Part shown: positions 11,313 to 24,535 of the stretch, piece after piece
Position numbering within the stretch: position 1 is the stretch's first letter
Layout: every line of letters begins with the position of its first letter
Origin: Pseudovirgaria hyperparasitica
Lineage: Eukaryota
Reading direction: 5' to 3' (one strand)
Assembly (NCBI GenBank): GCA_010093815.1
Contig: ML996575.1
Length of the DNA stretch: 64,000 nt
The notes under the pieces: model-generated
The model's database searches: none
What the model was told of the DNA's origin: nothing
The model's input: the letters and a program-made list of their open reading frames with translations, nothing else
Position numbers and translations under genes: made by a program

Positions 11313-13210
11313 TCAAACTATACCCTTCTTCTGTTCTCCTCTCACAATCTCACTCATGGTATCGTCATCCGTAGTACTAGCGATACCCACTACTCCCATA
11401 CTATTTTTGATGCTGTCGACACTCTCACCACTAAAGAATCCCTCTGTGGCTGCCATATACTCGAAGGTCTTCTCAGCATTTCCAGCTTGTGATGCCGGGT
11501 ACACAGGCGTAGGCCAGATTAGCGAGAGGCAGTAGAATATTACTGCACCCATTGCAAAGCTAAGGAAGAAGCCCAGTTTATACATATTTTTACTCGACTG
11601 GTTCACGGAGTCTGGATCAAGGCTCCCAGCAATGCCATGCACAGTGAACGCGACGCCGGCAATCCAAGCGGCAATTGCGCGTAGGTTCCATCCATGGGTA
11701 TATTCGTATGGTGTTCCCGACTTCTTCTCGTATAGAGATGGAACGTGGAAATTGCCGTTTCGAAGCACCCAGTAGTCAACGATCATAATCCCCACAATAG
11801 GCATCAGGAAGACGGTATACGAACCAAGGAAGACTAGGAACGAGGACGCACTCGAAATGATTTTCCAGGGGACACACAATGGAGCAAGAAGTGCACATAC
11901 GACCTGACCGCGGACGATGTTGACGTAACGTGGAAAGAGGCCAGAGGTGTCTGCTCCAACAGGGAGTGAGTTTGATCCGGCATTTGTTGCTAGTATCGCG
12001 AGGACCATGCTCTATGCAAGTTGTTAATATAAACAGTGGAGGATGTAATTGTTGGGAAACGCACTAAAGCTACGAAGAAGATGCCAGCACGAGCTGTGGA
12101 GTTCCAGTATTGGTCTAGGATTGCGCCATACGCATCCCACACGTTCCAGTAGCTCTTTCCAAGCACCCCTGTGGTAGCAGAGGTCGTGGCACACGAAATG
12201 AACATGACGAGCACTTTGCTGATGAGAATTCCGAACGCCTGGCTCCATGTTGCTTGGCTTGGGCGGGCTGCGTACCTAGCTACATCGGGCTGGTTAACTA
12301 GGATTGGACAAAGTGCTCCACATACAGAGTTGATAGCTTGAATCATAGGCCAGACCAGTGCAGATCCTGTGAGAACTTTTTGGTCTGTAAACGCGAAGCC
12401 ACCGATAGTTCCCCCGTTCTTGGAAACTGCCCAGCCTAGCATGCCGAGAAGGGCTGTGGTGGTGTATACGGCTTTGACGACGAAGAGATGGCGAAGCACC
12501 GTGGGATGCAAGAACATGACGGGCAGTTGAATCAACCAGAAGATGAAGAATGCTAAGAGATTGCCAGACGTAATTCCTGCAGACACCGGAAGGTGGTTCG
12601 GAATTCCGGTCCAGTGATGGCCAAAGATTGCCCGTAGGCAGACAGACATTAACATGCCACCATAAAAACTTTGCGTCGCAAAGTAGATGACAGCAACGCT
12701 GGCACGGACTCCAATGAACAGCCTCGCGCCGCCAAGGCCACTAGATGCTCTGACGTAGACAGGGAAGCCAATATGATATCTACTAGCTCCACGGGAGTTT
12801 AATATCACGATGATGGAAAGGAATACTGAGCCGATGACAGCTGCAATGATCCCATGCCACCATTGCTAGAAATAAATCAGCTGACTAGGAAAATGTATTA
12901 ATTAGACTGCATGTGAACCTACCAAGCCCGTGGCGATCAAAGTGGCTCCAAGGTTGTATGACCCTGGTGAGAATGTCTGGGTTAAGTAGTACGTGAAGAA
13001 ATGTACCATATTCCATTTTCTGTGCTCTAGCAACTGAAGATTAGTTAAGTATGTCAAGAAGACTACGGTAATCGTACCTAATCGCGTCGGAAGTAGGTCT
13101 TCATTGAAGTATGCCTTTCCTTTAGCAGGAGCTTCTTTGGTTCTCACTAATCGTTTGAAATCGTCAATGGACGAGAAAAGATTCTTGACAGACGTCAAGC
13201 CAAGCATCAT
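11313..13210 (-). CDS. NCS1 family nucleobase/allantoin/uracil permease (Fur/Dal4-like)
   Basis: NEDLLP, YHIGFPVYVRAS, NQPDVARYA, WNVWD, TNAGSNS, PRYVNIVRGQ, PWKI and GWNLRA motifs; many hydrophobic segments; multi-exon. Confidence 0.92.
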
Positions 13211-14409
13211 GCTAACTCGAAGTATCAAATCGGGCTGTGATGGTGCCTGATGATCTGCAAGGATTCAGACTATCCTAAATGTAGGTTTCGACTCTGCCAA
13301 GGTACGACGCAGCTACCTGTGTGTGATCTGCGTGGGGTCGCCGATGGGTCAAACAACGTGTGTTTAAGTCACCGCTACCACGTCAAAGCGAATGTACATA
13401 CGCATGATATACGCAGTCTTCCCATGATTGAAATATTCAGACAGACACTAGAGTCATTCGGCAGGTGGCGGACCACCGACAATGTTTCGGAGTATCGATG
13501 GGCGAAATGACATGGGTTATCTTGGGATATCATGGTTCCTGTCATGATGGGAGAAACCCGCGTCGAAGGTGGGATATTAAAGTGGAGATGTGCTATCATG
13601 TACGCATGTATGAATAGTGCAAGGGGTTGTTTTCTTATCTATGGATGATCACAAAATCTCTCATTTTCCTGGCGTCTTGGAAGTCCCCACCTGTCTCGGT
13701 TGCTCCGTGCAGTGCGATCTGTGCACTCTTCCGAAAAACCTCCGCGCCGGGCCGGCTGCCGGGATGCGAAGATATGCACGAACTCGTTCCCTTCATCCAC
13801 AATACACTTGATTTGCCCATCATCAAACCACCCCTTCGCCGTAGACGGACCGCCAAAACGTCTCGGAAGCTTGTTCATCCATCGTGAACTCAACATGGTG
13901 CCTCTTGCTAACGTTGCCAAGATGTCCGCCTTGCGCAAGTCCACATTAGCTAGTGGGCGTGTTTGGTTGTTGTCGGCCTCAGCATCTCAGCACGTGTTTT
14001 TCATCATCCTTAATTACGACACGCTGTGGATGCTAAGGCCTTCCGCAGTCTTGGGACGGTGATTGCAAACCATAATATTCACCGAAGCTAAACTCTGGGC
14101 AAATGACGCTGTTTCATGCCCTTGTTCTGTACATTCCATATCATCTATATATGTGCTTTCCCGTTCGTTATGGACATGCCGAAGCTCTCAAAGCCCACAG
14201 TGGTGGTACCATACTCAATATCAAGACGATCACTACAGCATAGATCTCTCACTGTGCACTGCATAGACTTTTCCAGTTTCTAGTCCTAGTAAGACAGCAG
14301 CTTTATCATTAGCCTGCATGCAGTGCTAATATATTCAAAGTAACACCTTGGTGGCAACTCAGAAAGCCACTCCTCGATATTCAGCCTATTTCGGTTCTCT
14401 CCCTTCACC

Positions 14410-16250
14410 ATGGGTGGAATGATGAGAGAGAATGCCGCACAGATGCGTGCAGAGCGCGCCCTGACCGACCAAATGAAGATCCTCCCCAAGAGTCAACTAT
14501 ACGCCGTGACATCCATACTTTCCATTGCAATGTTGGCCACATACATGGATCAAAACGGTGTCAGTGTTACTGTCCCAATCATTGGCACCTCCCTGGGGGC
14601 CGAAGATACCATATCCTGGGCAGGTACGAGCAGTCTAGTAGCCAACACCGTATTCAGTGCGCTCTACGGACGGATGAGTGACATATGGGGCCGCAAAAGA
14701 GTTTTCATATCCGCGCTCGTGGTGCTATCATTTGCGGATGTTATGTGCGGCTTGTCACAGAATGGACCAATGCTCTACTTCTTCCGTGGCGTCGCCGGTG
14801 CAGCTGGTGGCGGCGTGACGAACCTGACAATGATGATCCTCTCTGACGTTTGCACCCTTGAGCAACGTGGGACATTCCAAGGCATTATAGGCAGCATGGT
14901 AGGCATTGGGAACGTCATCGGTCCATTCATCGCCGCTGCGTTCCTCAGCACAAATGTGAATAAAGAAGAAAGCCGTCTAGGCGTCGGCTGGAGAGCATAC
15001 TTCTACTTCCTAGCACCATTGGTGGCTGCAGCTGCAGTTGTGTCTGGGATATTACTTCCGAATCTACAGAAGGAGAATAAGAAACTGGATCACAAGTCCT
15101 GTGAGAAGAAAGTCTTGACTGCGTGGGAGAATGTCCAGATGTTCGACTGGGGCGGTCTTGTTCTTAGCGCTGCGTCGATAATACTTATCCTGATCCCCAT
15201 ATCCGGTGGTGGCGCATATTTTCCGTGGAATGGCCCGGTCGTCATATCCTTCCTCGTCATCGGAAGTGTCCTTCTCGTCGCACTCATCCTATATGAATGG
15301 AAGGTCGCAAGATTGCCTATGATACCTGGTACATCCCCTTTATGCTCCAACACTCTCACACATGACAAAAACTGACCAATCTTGTAGTAACCCTCTTCAG
15401 CAATACCGCCATAGCAGTAGTGCTCGCCCAATGCTTCCTCATTGGCTTCGTCTACCAGACATATATATATTACCTACCTTTATACTTCCAAAACGTGCGC
15501 CAATTCTCGCCTATCGTCTCTGCGGCCTTGATCTGCCCGATCGTCGTCATGCAAGCCACGTTTTCTGTGGCCACGGGCCGATACATCTCTTATCGCAAGC
15601 GCTATGGTGAAGTTATCATTGTTGGCTTCATTCTCTTCACTCTTGGTGCAGGACTGACAGTTCTGTTTGATGTGGATACATCACCTGTGGCGATAGTCTT
15701 CACCCTGGGCTGCGTCGGCATCGGCGTGGGATGTGTGTTCCAGCCGACGCTGATTGCGCTGCAAGCTCATAGCCCAAAACCAAATCGAGCAGTTGCAGTA
15801 TCAATGAGGAATTTCTTCCGATGCCTGGGCGGAGCGATCGGGCTGGCTGCTTCTGCGGCTGTGCTGCAGGCGACGCTACGCAAGAATCTCCCAGAGGAGT
15901 TCAGCAGTTATGCAGACCATACATACAGTCTCAGCGGCGCCGGGAAAGAGGTTAGTCCGGAGAATTTTGCGAGGATCAGACATGGCTATATGCTCTCGAG
16001 CCGCGCAGTGTTCATTGTACAGGTCCCGCTTATGTTCCTTTGTTTGCTGGGCTGCTGGTTTGTCAAAGATAGAGGATTGGAGAGGCCAGATGAGCGCGAA
16101 GAGAGGGAGAGAAGGGAGAGATCACAGCAGACAATGGTTATGGAAGACACGGATATTGAGAAGGCTGTTCGGCAGCTTGATAGTGAGATGACAAGTGATG
16201 ATGAAATGGTTGACAGTGGTAAGAGCAGCGAGGAACAAGTCCGATCATAG
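14410..16250 (+). CDS. MFS transporter (DHA2-like, about 14 TM)
   Basis: YGRMSDIWGRK motif A, SDVCTLEQRG, GPFI, GWRAYFY, YYLPLYFQ and RNFFRCLGG; intron at about 15329-15388. Start codon not certain. Confidence 0.92.
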
Positions 16251-18323
16251 GCGCTGCATGGGGTTGGAAGACTTTGATGATCATGACTAAAAGTATATAG
16301 AGCCCAAAACCATAGACGAGATAACGATGCATAGAATCATGATTTACTTGCACCTTCAATCTTTCATACTGACTACTGAACTGATAATTTGCAGCGCATC
16401 GAGCAGAAGAGAACCAAACCGACGAGAATCATAAGCTCGCACAAGACAAACCTTTCTTGTAAAAATCCCCGCGCCTTGTCGGCTCCTAGCATCTCCAAGA
16501 CGATTCCACGCTTAGCATGGCCCTCACCGAGACCTTAACAATCTTGTCCGGTTCTTGGATGACCATTTTACGTCTGCAGGATCACTGACCACTTCGTTTC
16601 AACATCTATAGGCTAAAGTTATCCCCTTGTCAAGGATGTCACTAGAGTTGTTTGATGCTTGGTTCGACACGTGCGATCGACAATGGAGATCATCGGACAA
16701 GTTTATCCGAATCTTAGGTGACCGTACCAACCATTTGTCTAAGCAAAACTTTGATCTCGTGAATAGAATCGCCTGTCAATCAGGTCAAGTGAGGATAGTT
16801 ACAAATTAATTAGACTACCCTACAAGACTAAACGCGCCAAACATTCCTCGATCTAATGGACTATCTGAACCACGTTTCGCACTTCGACGGACAATTTCAA
16901 AATTCCTCGGAAAGTTCCATAGTCAAACCCATTCGTATTCGGAACGATTGGGTTCCATGGCGAGGTAGGAGAGGCTGACCTAAAGTTGATGCATACACAA
17001 GGCATTGTGATATGTCAGCCCTTGGTTGAGCTGGCGTGTGGAATAGTGAACGTAATAAAAATTATTCTATAAGGCGAGATAGTGGAGAAGCCGATGATAG
17101 GTCTTCAAGCGAAATACGGAGACAATGAATGCATTCGACTAAAGTTCCAGAATTTGGCTTCATTGCTGGTTCTCGTGTTCGCAATCACCGCTGTCGTGCA
17201 TATAAAGCATTCCGCCCACAAAAATTACTTGATAAGCACCCAGACACTTTTATCTCTCTACTATTTTTGCAATAGTGACAGTAGACTAAGCTTATACAAT
17301 ACACCTTTAGCATTCTCTGACGCCTCACACGCAGATTCATGTACGCTCATAGGCCTAATACGAACCCATGTGGAGGCGACCAAAGTATGTGTGATGTTTT
17401 CAGTAGCAATGATTACGATCCATCAGTCCTAATGTCACAATACAGTTGCGGCGTGTCGAACATCTGGCTTTGGTGGCCTCAAGAGTCGAGGGATTTTTTC
17501 AAAGATCAAGACTGGCAGCTGGAGAAACCTGACTGATTGCCTTCGCAGTTGAGAGTGTTAATGTTACAGTAGGACTCACGTATAACGGCATGATCAGGAA
17601 GAAGACATACTTAGTCTACTCTATGACGTGTTCTATTTCACTGGCATTTGATTGTCAATGGTTTTACTCAAGCCTGAATCCCAATCATTCCATCCCGTCT
17701 CTTCATATTCGTATTCTCAAAGGTTAACCTACGAACTACACTTTGCGATATATGTGTAAAAGCTGATATTCGTCGCGTGCTACATCACAAGACTTGATGA
17801 GGAAGGGCCCCGTTGAGGGTATCTTGCAACTAATAAACTTACTTACCTACAATGTAGCTCTCACTAATGAAATATATGGATATTTCTTAAAGGATGCCTA
17901 CAAGCACCATTATGATACAGTTTTCCGTGAAATATGAATGTATATTTCGATACTGAGAATTGCGATCTATGCCATATGACTGGTCAGAATGATTGCGCTT
18001 GATCGAAGGGCTCTAGGTTTCACAAGTCTAGCATTGGGAGAGGTATGGACTTTGGAACGCATAATATCTCACTCAGATTAGGACCTCATATAGCGTCATC
18101 CTGTATTTCATGCAACAATAAGTTATAGAATGGAAGGTTTATAGTTGCCGGACGTGAATGTGACAAGAGGTGTTATGGTATCCCGATCGATGGCAGCATC
18201 ATACATTTTGACGATCCATGTTGCTGGCCTCCTGGTGCCGATCGAAGATTTCTATCACACTCATGAGGTTTTTTTTTCATTCAACTCCTCCTTAAAAGAA
18301 TGCCACAGCAATATTTACCGGCT

Positions 18324-19167
18324 CTACGAAATAATGGAGGTAGCTCTGATATAAGTTCCACGTCGTGTCCAGTGTTGGCTGATAGGTATCGCAAGGATCC
18401 TAAGGTGTGGCAAAGCCCAACCCAGTTGTCTAGTCGATGAAAGATCAAACCACTGTGCCAATTGAGTACACTCGTCTCCAAAGATTATGACCAGTGTTTT
18501 GACTCTGTTGATTTCAGGTAATCTTTCTGCGTACGGTAGCTTAAGGGAGTCGAACATACTTAGCTTGTAAAGCCCCTTGGGACGAGGTAGGAAGCAGTTC
18601 CACGACTCTTGAGGAGAAAATACGGCCATCTTCAGTTCAATATCATCAGAGCCTGGTCGGTCCCAGGTCTTGATCAGGTCGAATAGTTTTGTGACTTGTT
18701 CGTGGATGTGGTCGTTGTCAGCGTCACGCATCCACTGTATATACTTGATCTGACTTTCCTTTCCGTGGCTTTCAAGGTATACTTCGAAAGAGAGCCTTGA
18801 TAGAGCTTGCTGACGGTGCTCGTACCGAAAGTACTCACAGAATTTATCCCATGATAAAGCAGAACTCTGTAGAATGAATTCTCTGTCAGGGAAAATCTTG
18901 CGGAACACCATGGTTTCGATGATGCTGAGCCAGGACTGGGACACGAGACTATACTTGCTGAACTCGATCGCTGCTGAAAGATTCTGTACACCAGCCTCGC
19001 CTGTTTTGTCATTCGTCAGCCTTTGTTCCATAGAGTGAAAAGATGGATCATTCTTGAGACATACAAGCAGCTTGAGAAAGAGGTATATCTCCAAATACAT
19101 TTTCGAACAGTTCTTCAAACACCATGAGTTTCAACTCTATCGGGATGTCTTCAAATGATGCCATCAT
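18324..19167 (-). CDS. F-box-like protein, possibly 3'-truncated or decaying
   Basis: Exon 1 MASFEDIPIELKLMVFEEL splices over intron 19001-19064 (GTATGT...GCTGAC...CAG) to YSLVSQSWLSIIETMVFRKI, a typical fungal F-box pattern. The 3' end is unclear. Confidence 0.55.
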
Positions 19168-20857
19168 TTGAGTGCCCGTCAAGCACTGGAATTTGAAGGT
19201 CAAGGTTCAATTAACTTCGAAGCTCGATCAGAACACGATCTTTTTCCAGTTCAGAGATCTATCCGAATTTTATTCCAGTCGCTAGAAGCTCGCTAACCTT
19301 GCAAGTGTGACGAAGTAGATTCTGAGGTGGAGAGAGTGAGTCAAGATTCCTGGCAGATTTCAACCATGTGATGAGTTCTGGTGTGCGCTTTCGCGTTGTA
19401 CCTGCTACTGTTTTGCGTCGTTTTGATTCAACGCTAGTCCTGAACTTGAAAATAAAATCGGATTTCTACCATAACACAGAAGGCAGCAGCTAGAGGAACG
19501 TGACATCGATGTATAGCCTTAATCTTTATATATGATCGAGGTCGTACCTACTTCGAAGTTATGTGTAGCAGTCTGCAACTTGCTCATAGCTAGATTCTCG
19601 CTCTAGACTTGGGAATTTGTATAATATACAGGTCACCACCTCTAAACATAGCATACAGGCCGACATGAAAGCGAACCATACTAGCTACATCCAGCATCCA
19701 GCTTTGCAGACCATGAGTACTAAAGCTTGTACAGTGCCATGCGTAGTGAGTTATCGCTGTCAGCCGTTCTGATCCTTTAATGAGTATAACCCAAAATGAG
19801 CTTGATCCTCTTGTGTCAGCGATCGCCGAAGTCATCGTGCAAGTTTTGCCGGTCACTGAGATTAAGAAGTTGTTTACGTATGACAAATGACACATGGATA
19901 CGTGGGAAGCACTCAAACAACATCTAAAGATGACAATGTGTAAATCAACACTGGATTTTGTTGGGTGCGATGATTCGTAGAGAACCGAAAGCTTTCTTAC
20001 GATATGTAAGTAGCCTCGGAACTGTCATGCGCGTTATCATGAGAGCTCTATTGAAATTGGCAGTGCATGCATTGGTTATATTTTGAGATATGATCGGACA
20101 TCCGGGGTCTCTATCTGAGTCCCAGTGTCTTGGTGTGGGATACCGTCGACAAACAAGATGCTGGACGCCGCTCACGTCAACTCGAGTTTTGGCACTTACT
20201 TCGTTCTCTCTACACTGAAGACATTTATTATGACCGGCTGTTGAGAGTCGAAGCGACCGCGGAGTGCGACTCGAAAGACCGCGCAAAAGTGCATCACTTG
20301 AACCGAGATAGGTGTCAGAATACATCCTCTTACAGCCCGTCCAGCAGCTGACTTTGCTTATAGGCTACCACGCGTATGTATGTCGTTGGTGTCATGCATG
20401 TCTGGCACTAGACCAACTAGGCTGCTTAGGTAATTTGCCGACAGCATGCGATTTACGTTGCTATATATATGCGAAAACTTCATTCAATGAAGCTGGCGCC
20501 ATATTGCAGATGAACTGTTCGACGAAATGATCCTGCAAGCAAGTGATTTCATGGAACTGCATTTCAACGATTCTGATGTCCAATCTGCAACTTAGACGCT
20601 ACAAAGCTTGGCTGGACAATATGATGTTTCAGTTCAGATCATCGGAGTTATCCTAAGCTTTTTTTATAGCTTTTGTTGTGGGAATGTTTCTCGGGCTTTG
20701 TCCAAAGCATCGATGTGAGTGGCATCTTGATATAACTGGTTTCGACCGAACATTGACACCCGTTTGGTTATTACAGTATCGATCAGGTAGGATTGGTGTG
20801 GTATAGTATATATCACCAAATGATGTGAAGGAACAGAATCTAAAGGTACCGATGACT

Positions 20858-22730
20858 TCAACCATCATCCAGTAAGGAGTCTATCAATTCCCGATTGGCT
20901 CCACTTGAAGCGGCAATGGATTGAAGGGCGGCGTGTACAGCGCGGCTTTCTGACCTGACACTTCGTAGAGCTTGCTCGAGAGCTGAAACACGGCTGTTTA
21001 GTCGAGTATTTTCTTGAGAAAGGTGTCGATACCGTCCAAACTTGTGTTCGGAATCACTGTGTCCTTTGCGCTGTTCTAATGGCTCATTGTGAGCGTCTGG
21101 ATCTTGACTCATATTGTAAGGTTGTAGCACGGGTGACACGAGAGTATTAGGGGCGTCTGGACTTTGACCCTCAAGACGTCGTTCCATCGTCTGTTTCTCC
21201 ACAAGCCATCTGGCTTTCTCTTCTGCATTTCTCGCCTGTATCTGATTCGATAGTGCCACCATTTTCATGTACTGCGATCCACTTGCGGCACTCTTCCTCC
21301 TCTCTTCATCACGGCTCTCCTGCAGCTTCTCGATCTCAACTTCGAGTAATGCAACCTGGGCCTGTACTTGATCCCTTTCGGTAACCGCGGAATTCATTTC
21401 GATTTCACCGACTGCTGCTTTGTTCTCAAACGTTGCGCACCTAATCCTTTCCCGTTCCAACTTCTGTAAAAGCCTATCGTACTCTTGTCGCAAGGATTGA
21501 TATTCCAACGTTTTGACACTGAGTTCGCGCTGTAAATCCTGAATATGTACAGCCTGAGCTGCGGTCGGCGCTCCGCCAGCTGACGAGGCGAACGACGGAG
21601 CTTGGAGTGCTGGGAAATTGAGTGAAGTTGGCGACGGTAGCATCCTTTGTGCTTGTGAGACCAGAGGCGGTGAGTGAGAGGTGGCATGAGTAGGGGTGTT
21701 TGCCACGGTACCAGAGCGGGAAACGATTTGAGGCTCCGCGGAGGAAGGGAGCGGTCGAGACGACGGAGGAAGTGGGCTACGTTCATACTTACTAGGATTT
21801 CGCTCTGGTGACGAGAAATCCGATCGTGCCGGATGTCGTTTGACCTCGTCGAGCACATCTACACTTGTTCGAACAGAAACTTGATCAGGGCTTCGTTTCA
21901 TCGACGCTGAAGTCTTCTCCTGTATATTGTTGTTGTTGCATCTGACTACATCGAGTGCCCAAGAAGCAATACGGTCAAAGTCTGTGCTATCAATTTCAGG
22001 TTTCTAAGCTGACGTTAGTAAGGTGCACCAACACTGAACTACCGAATGTAGCGATTTATCTAGCCGTAACTTGCCTGCGTAGCAGCACTGGATGCTGGGC
22101 CAAGCGCAGTGGTCAGATGCGAGTCTAGCAACAGTAGTTCTGTCGCCAGCCCCTGAAGTATCGACCGAGTCTTAAGACAGATATCTCCTTTACATCTAGG
22201 CCCACAGCATGCCATCTTCTCATTTGGTCTCATGAAGCCTGCTGTTTGAGCATGCTCGTGTTGTGGACGAGCAGGTAATAATGTGCCTGGGACAAGTCAG
22301 CCCTAAAATTCCCTGCCAAGCAATCTCTGATTTGAACACCACTGAAAACAAAGATAATGTATCGCTATCATGAAGCAATAACTGAGTACGAAAACCTACT
22401 CTCATGAGCAATATGAAGCTTTGGTTTCTTCGGATGGAGGCTATTATCGTAAGGAAGATGCCTCCCAGAGGAGTGTCGCAAAAATGCCTCCGGTCTGGGA
22501 GAGCTTGATGGGGACAGGGGCGAATTTTGCTGACGCAGTACACGGAACGGCTCAGGTTCGTTGGAAGTCAGCAGCGGAGGGAGTGCCCGAGTATCGTGAT
22601 CCTTTCTATGACCTGACAATAATGCATGTTGCCGTATTGGAGGCAGTGAAACAGTGCTGGCCGGAGTGATGCCATGCGTAGCAGCTAGATCTTCGTTCCA
22701 TTGTCGCTTTCTGCCAGGCCCACCCTCCAT
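20858..22730 (-). CDS. Fungal hypothetical protein with Cys motif and long coiled coil
   Basis: Exons 22730-22400, 22286-22075 and 22003-20858 join in frame; the second intron is GC-AG. Contains CCGPRCKGDIC and the IQDLQRELSVKTLEYQSLRQEYDRLL heptad region. Confidence 0.75.
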
Positions 22731-24535
22731 TTAGGCTATTAGAACTCCTCAGTGATGCACTACGACTTCGCTGCGCCATCGACCGGCTAATAGCCGTGCC
22801 TATCTGTTCAAAGGAGGCGCAGAGTCGACGTTAATCGTCGAGAACCGCAAGCAGAAATGTCGGAGCCACCCTCAGTATCGCAAGCCGCTGTATATCAAGA
22901 AGAGAAACGCGTTCCGGTCCAGTGAAGTGGTGGCCGCAGGTTGATTCGTAGTAACTTGACAATAAGACCGAAGGCAGCTAGTAAACGTAGATGTACACAG
23001 AAAACGACGACAAATATATCATTGAGCGCGCCCGATGAGATGTCCAGCGAGATATTCCTAGATCTTACATAACCACCAATAGGGTGATGGTATGACGGTG
23101 GGTTCTGTGCTGATCTTCAAGCGCATTGACACAGAAATGAGGTTTAGCTCTGGCGCACGACGGGATGAGAAGCTAAAGACGCCCCTCGGCGATGGAATTA
23201 CAAGAGATGAGGAAGAGAGAACGGGGCACGCGAAGCGAACATAGCTTTGATGAGAAGAGCTACGTCTTTTCGATGGACAGCCACGGCAGCGGTGGGTTGG
23301 ATGATCTCTGTTAAAAGGGAGTACAATGACCGCTGAGCCGAGAAACAATCGATTACTAAGGCGCACGTAACAGCGACGGGTCTTGGTAAGACATGCAGAT
23401 TGCAAAGTAATAGCGACGGTTGCCTTTTGCAAGATTCGCTCGCAAAAACTGTTTGTAGTGCGTCCTTCTGCCTCTGGGAGTCAAGGAGAGTATATCATTG
23501 TCGCTACATGTCTTGATCATAGCGAAAGAGGGCTCAATACTGTTGGCGGCTTCACTGGACCAGCGCTGAAGGACTGTGTACGCGGACTCTCGCCAAGCCC
23601 CATTACGGTATAATGTCATCCCAGGGTTATGGCTTATCTTGCAGACTCATGCACGCGTGTTACATCCCGAGCATGGCCGATGCGAGTCAGCGTTGGATAT
23701 GGCCTCTGATAATACCATGTAGAGGTCATAAGCCTAGTGTCTCTCGTTCAATATCCTCGTCACCTCATGTTGGTCATAGAGCGAGTCGGGATATACGTCT
23801 GAGATGTTCCGGGATGGTAAGCCCAAGAATACGCAGCAACATGTGGAGCTCGGCGGGCACGGTCCGCGATTGTCGGATGACTGTCTGACAGACCTGTGGC
23901 AAGGCTGAGAACCTCAAGCGAACCGTTTTCGGTGGTAGAAGCATTCCAAGGACGCTCTCTGACTAATGTTATTGCCTCATACATCATGCTTACAAGTTAA
24001 GGCGAGCTTGCACTAAACGAGTTTCTTCCGCTTCGTATTTGACGTCTAAAGAAATCTGTTTCCTAGATCATGAAGTGAAACAAATTCGTCCCATGGAGAC
24101 GATTGAGAATATGAATTCCTCGGGGGCCAAGGATCGGCCAAATGATCCGGTGCGGTGCTTAGTGTTAAGCCACAAATGGGGGCATTTTTCGTGGGACTCT
24201 GCTTTCAAAATTTATCATCTGAGCAGCGTCAAAACATTCAGCATGCCCTCAAGCGTAGGCTTTCTTGGGTATCCTGAGAGAGATCAGTGATGGTTGAATC
24301 AAGGGACTTCAGGGATAAGGACTCGATACGTATGCGAGACAGGGCAATCTGCGAAGTGTGGAAGAATGCTAAAGTCTTAACTAATTAGTGCTGTGAGGAT
24401 GACTTCTAATGTGGAGTTGGAGGCGCTTAGCCACACGTATATCTGCTTTAGGATTAGTGTCCTTGCCCTTCCTGCGTTGGACCTTTGACCCGCGGCAATC
24501 AGTTCTTGGGCCCACTCAAGTCTTCTACATCAACA

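Noticed and set aside
13617..14062. Several overlapping 60-120 aa ORFs between the NCS1 and MFS genes
   Set aside because: No recognisable motifs; better explained as a GC-rich divergent promoter.
2733..16250. Secondary-metabolite biosynthetic cluster interpretation
   Set aside because: No PKS, NRPS, terpene synthase or other backbone enzyme in the window; the gene content fits catabolism better.
23058..24290. Multiple short ORFs on both strands
   Set aside because: Composition looks non-coding; they lie in the divergent upstream region of two real genes.
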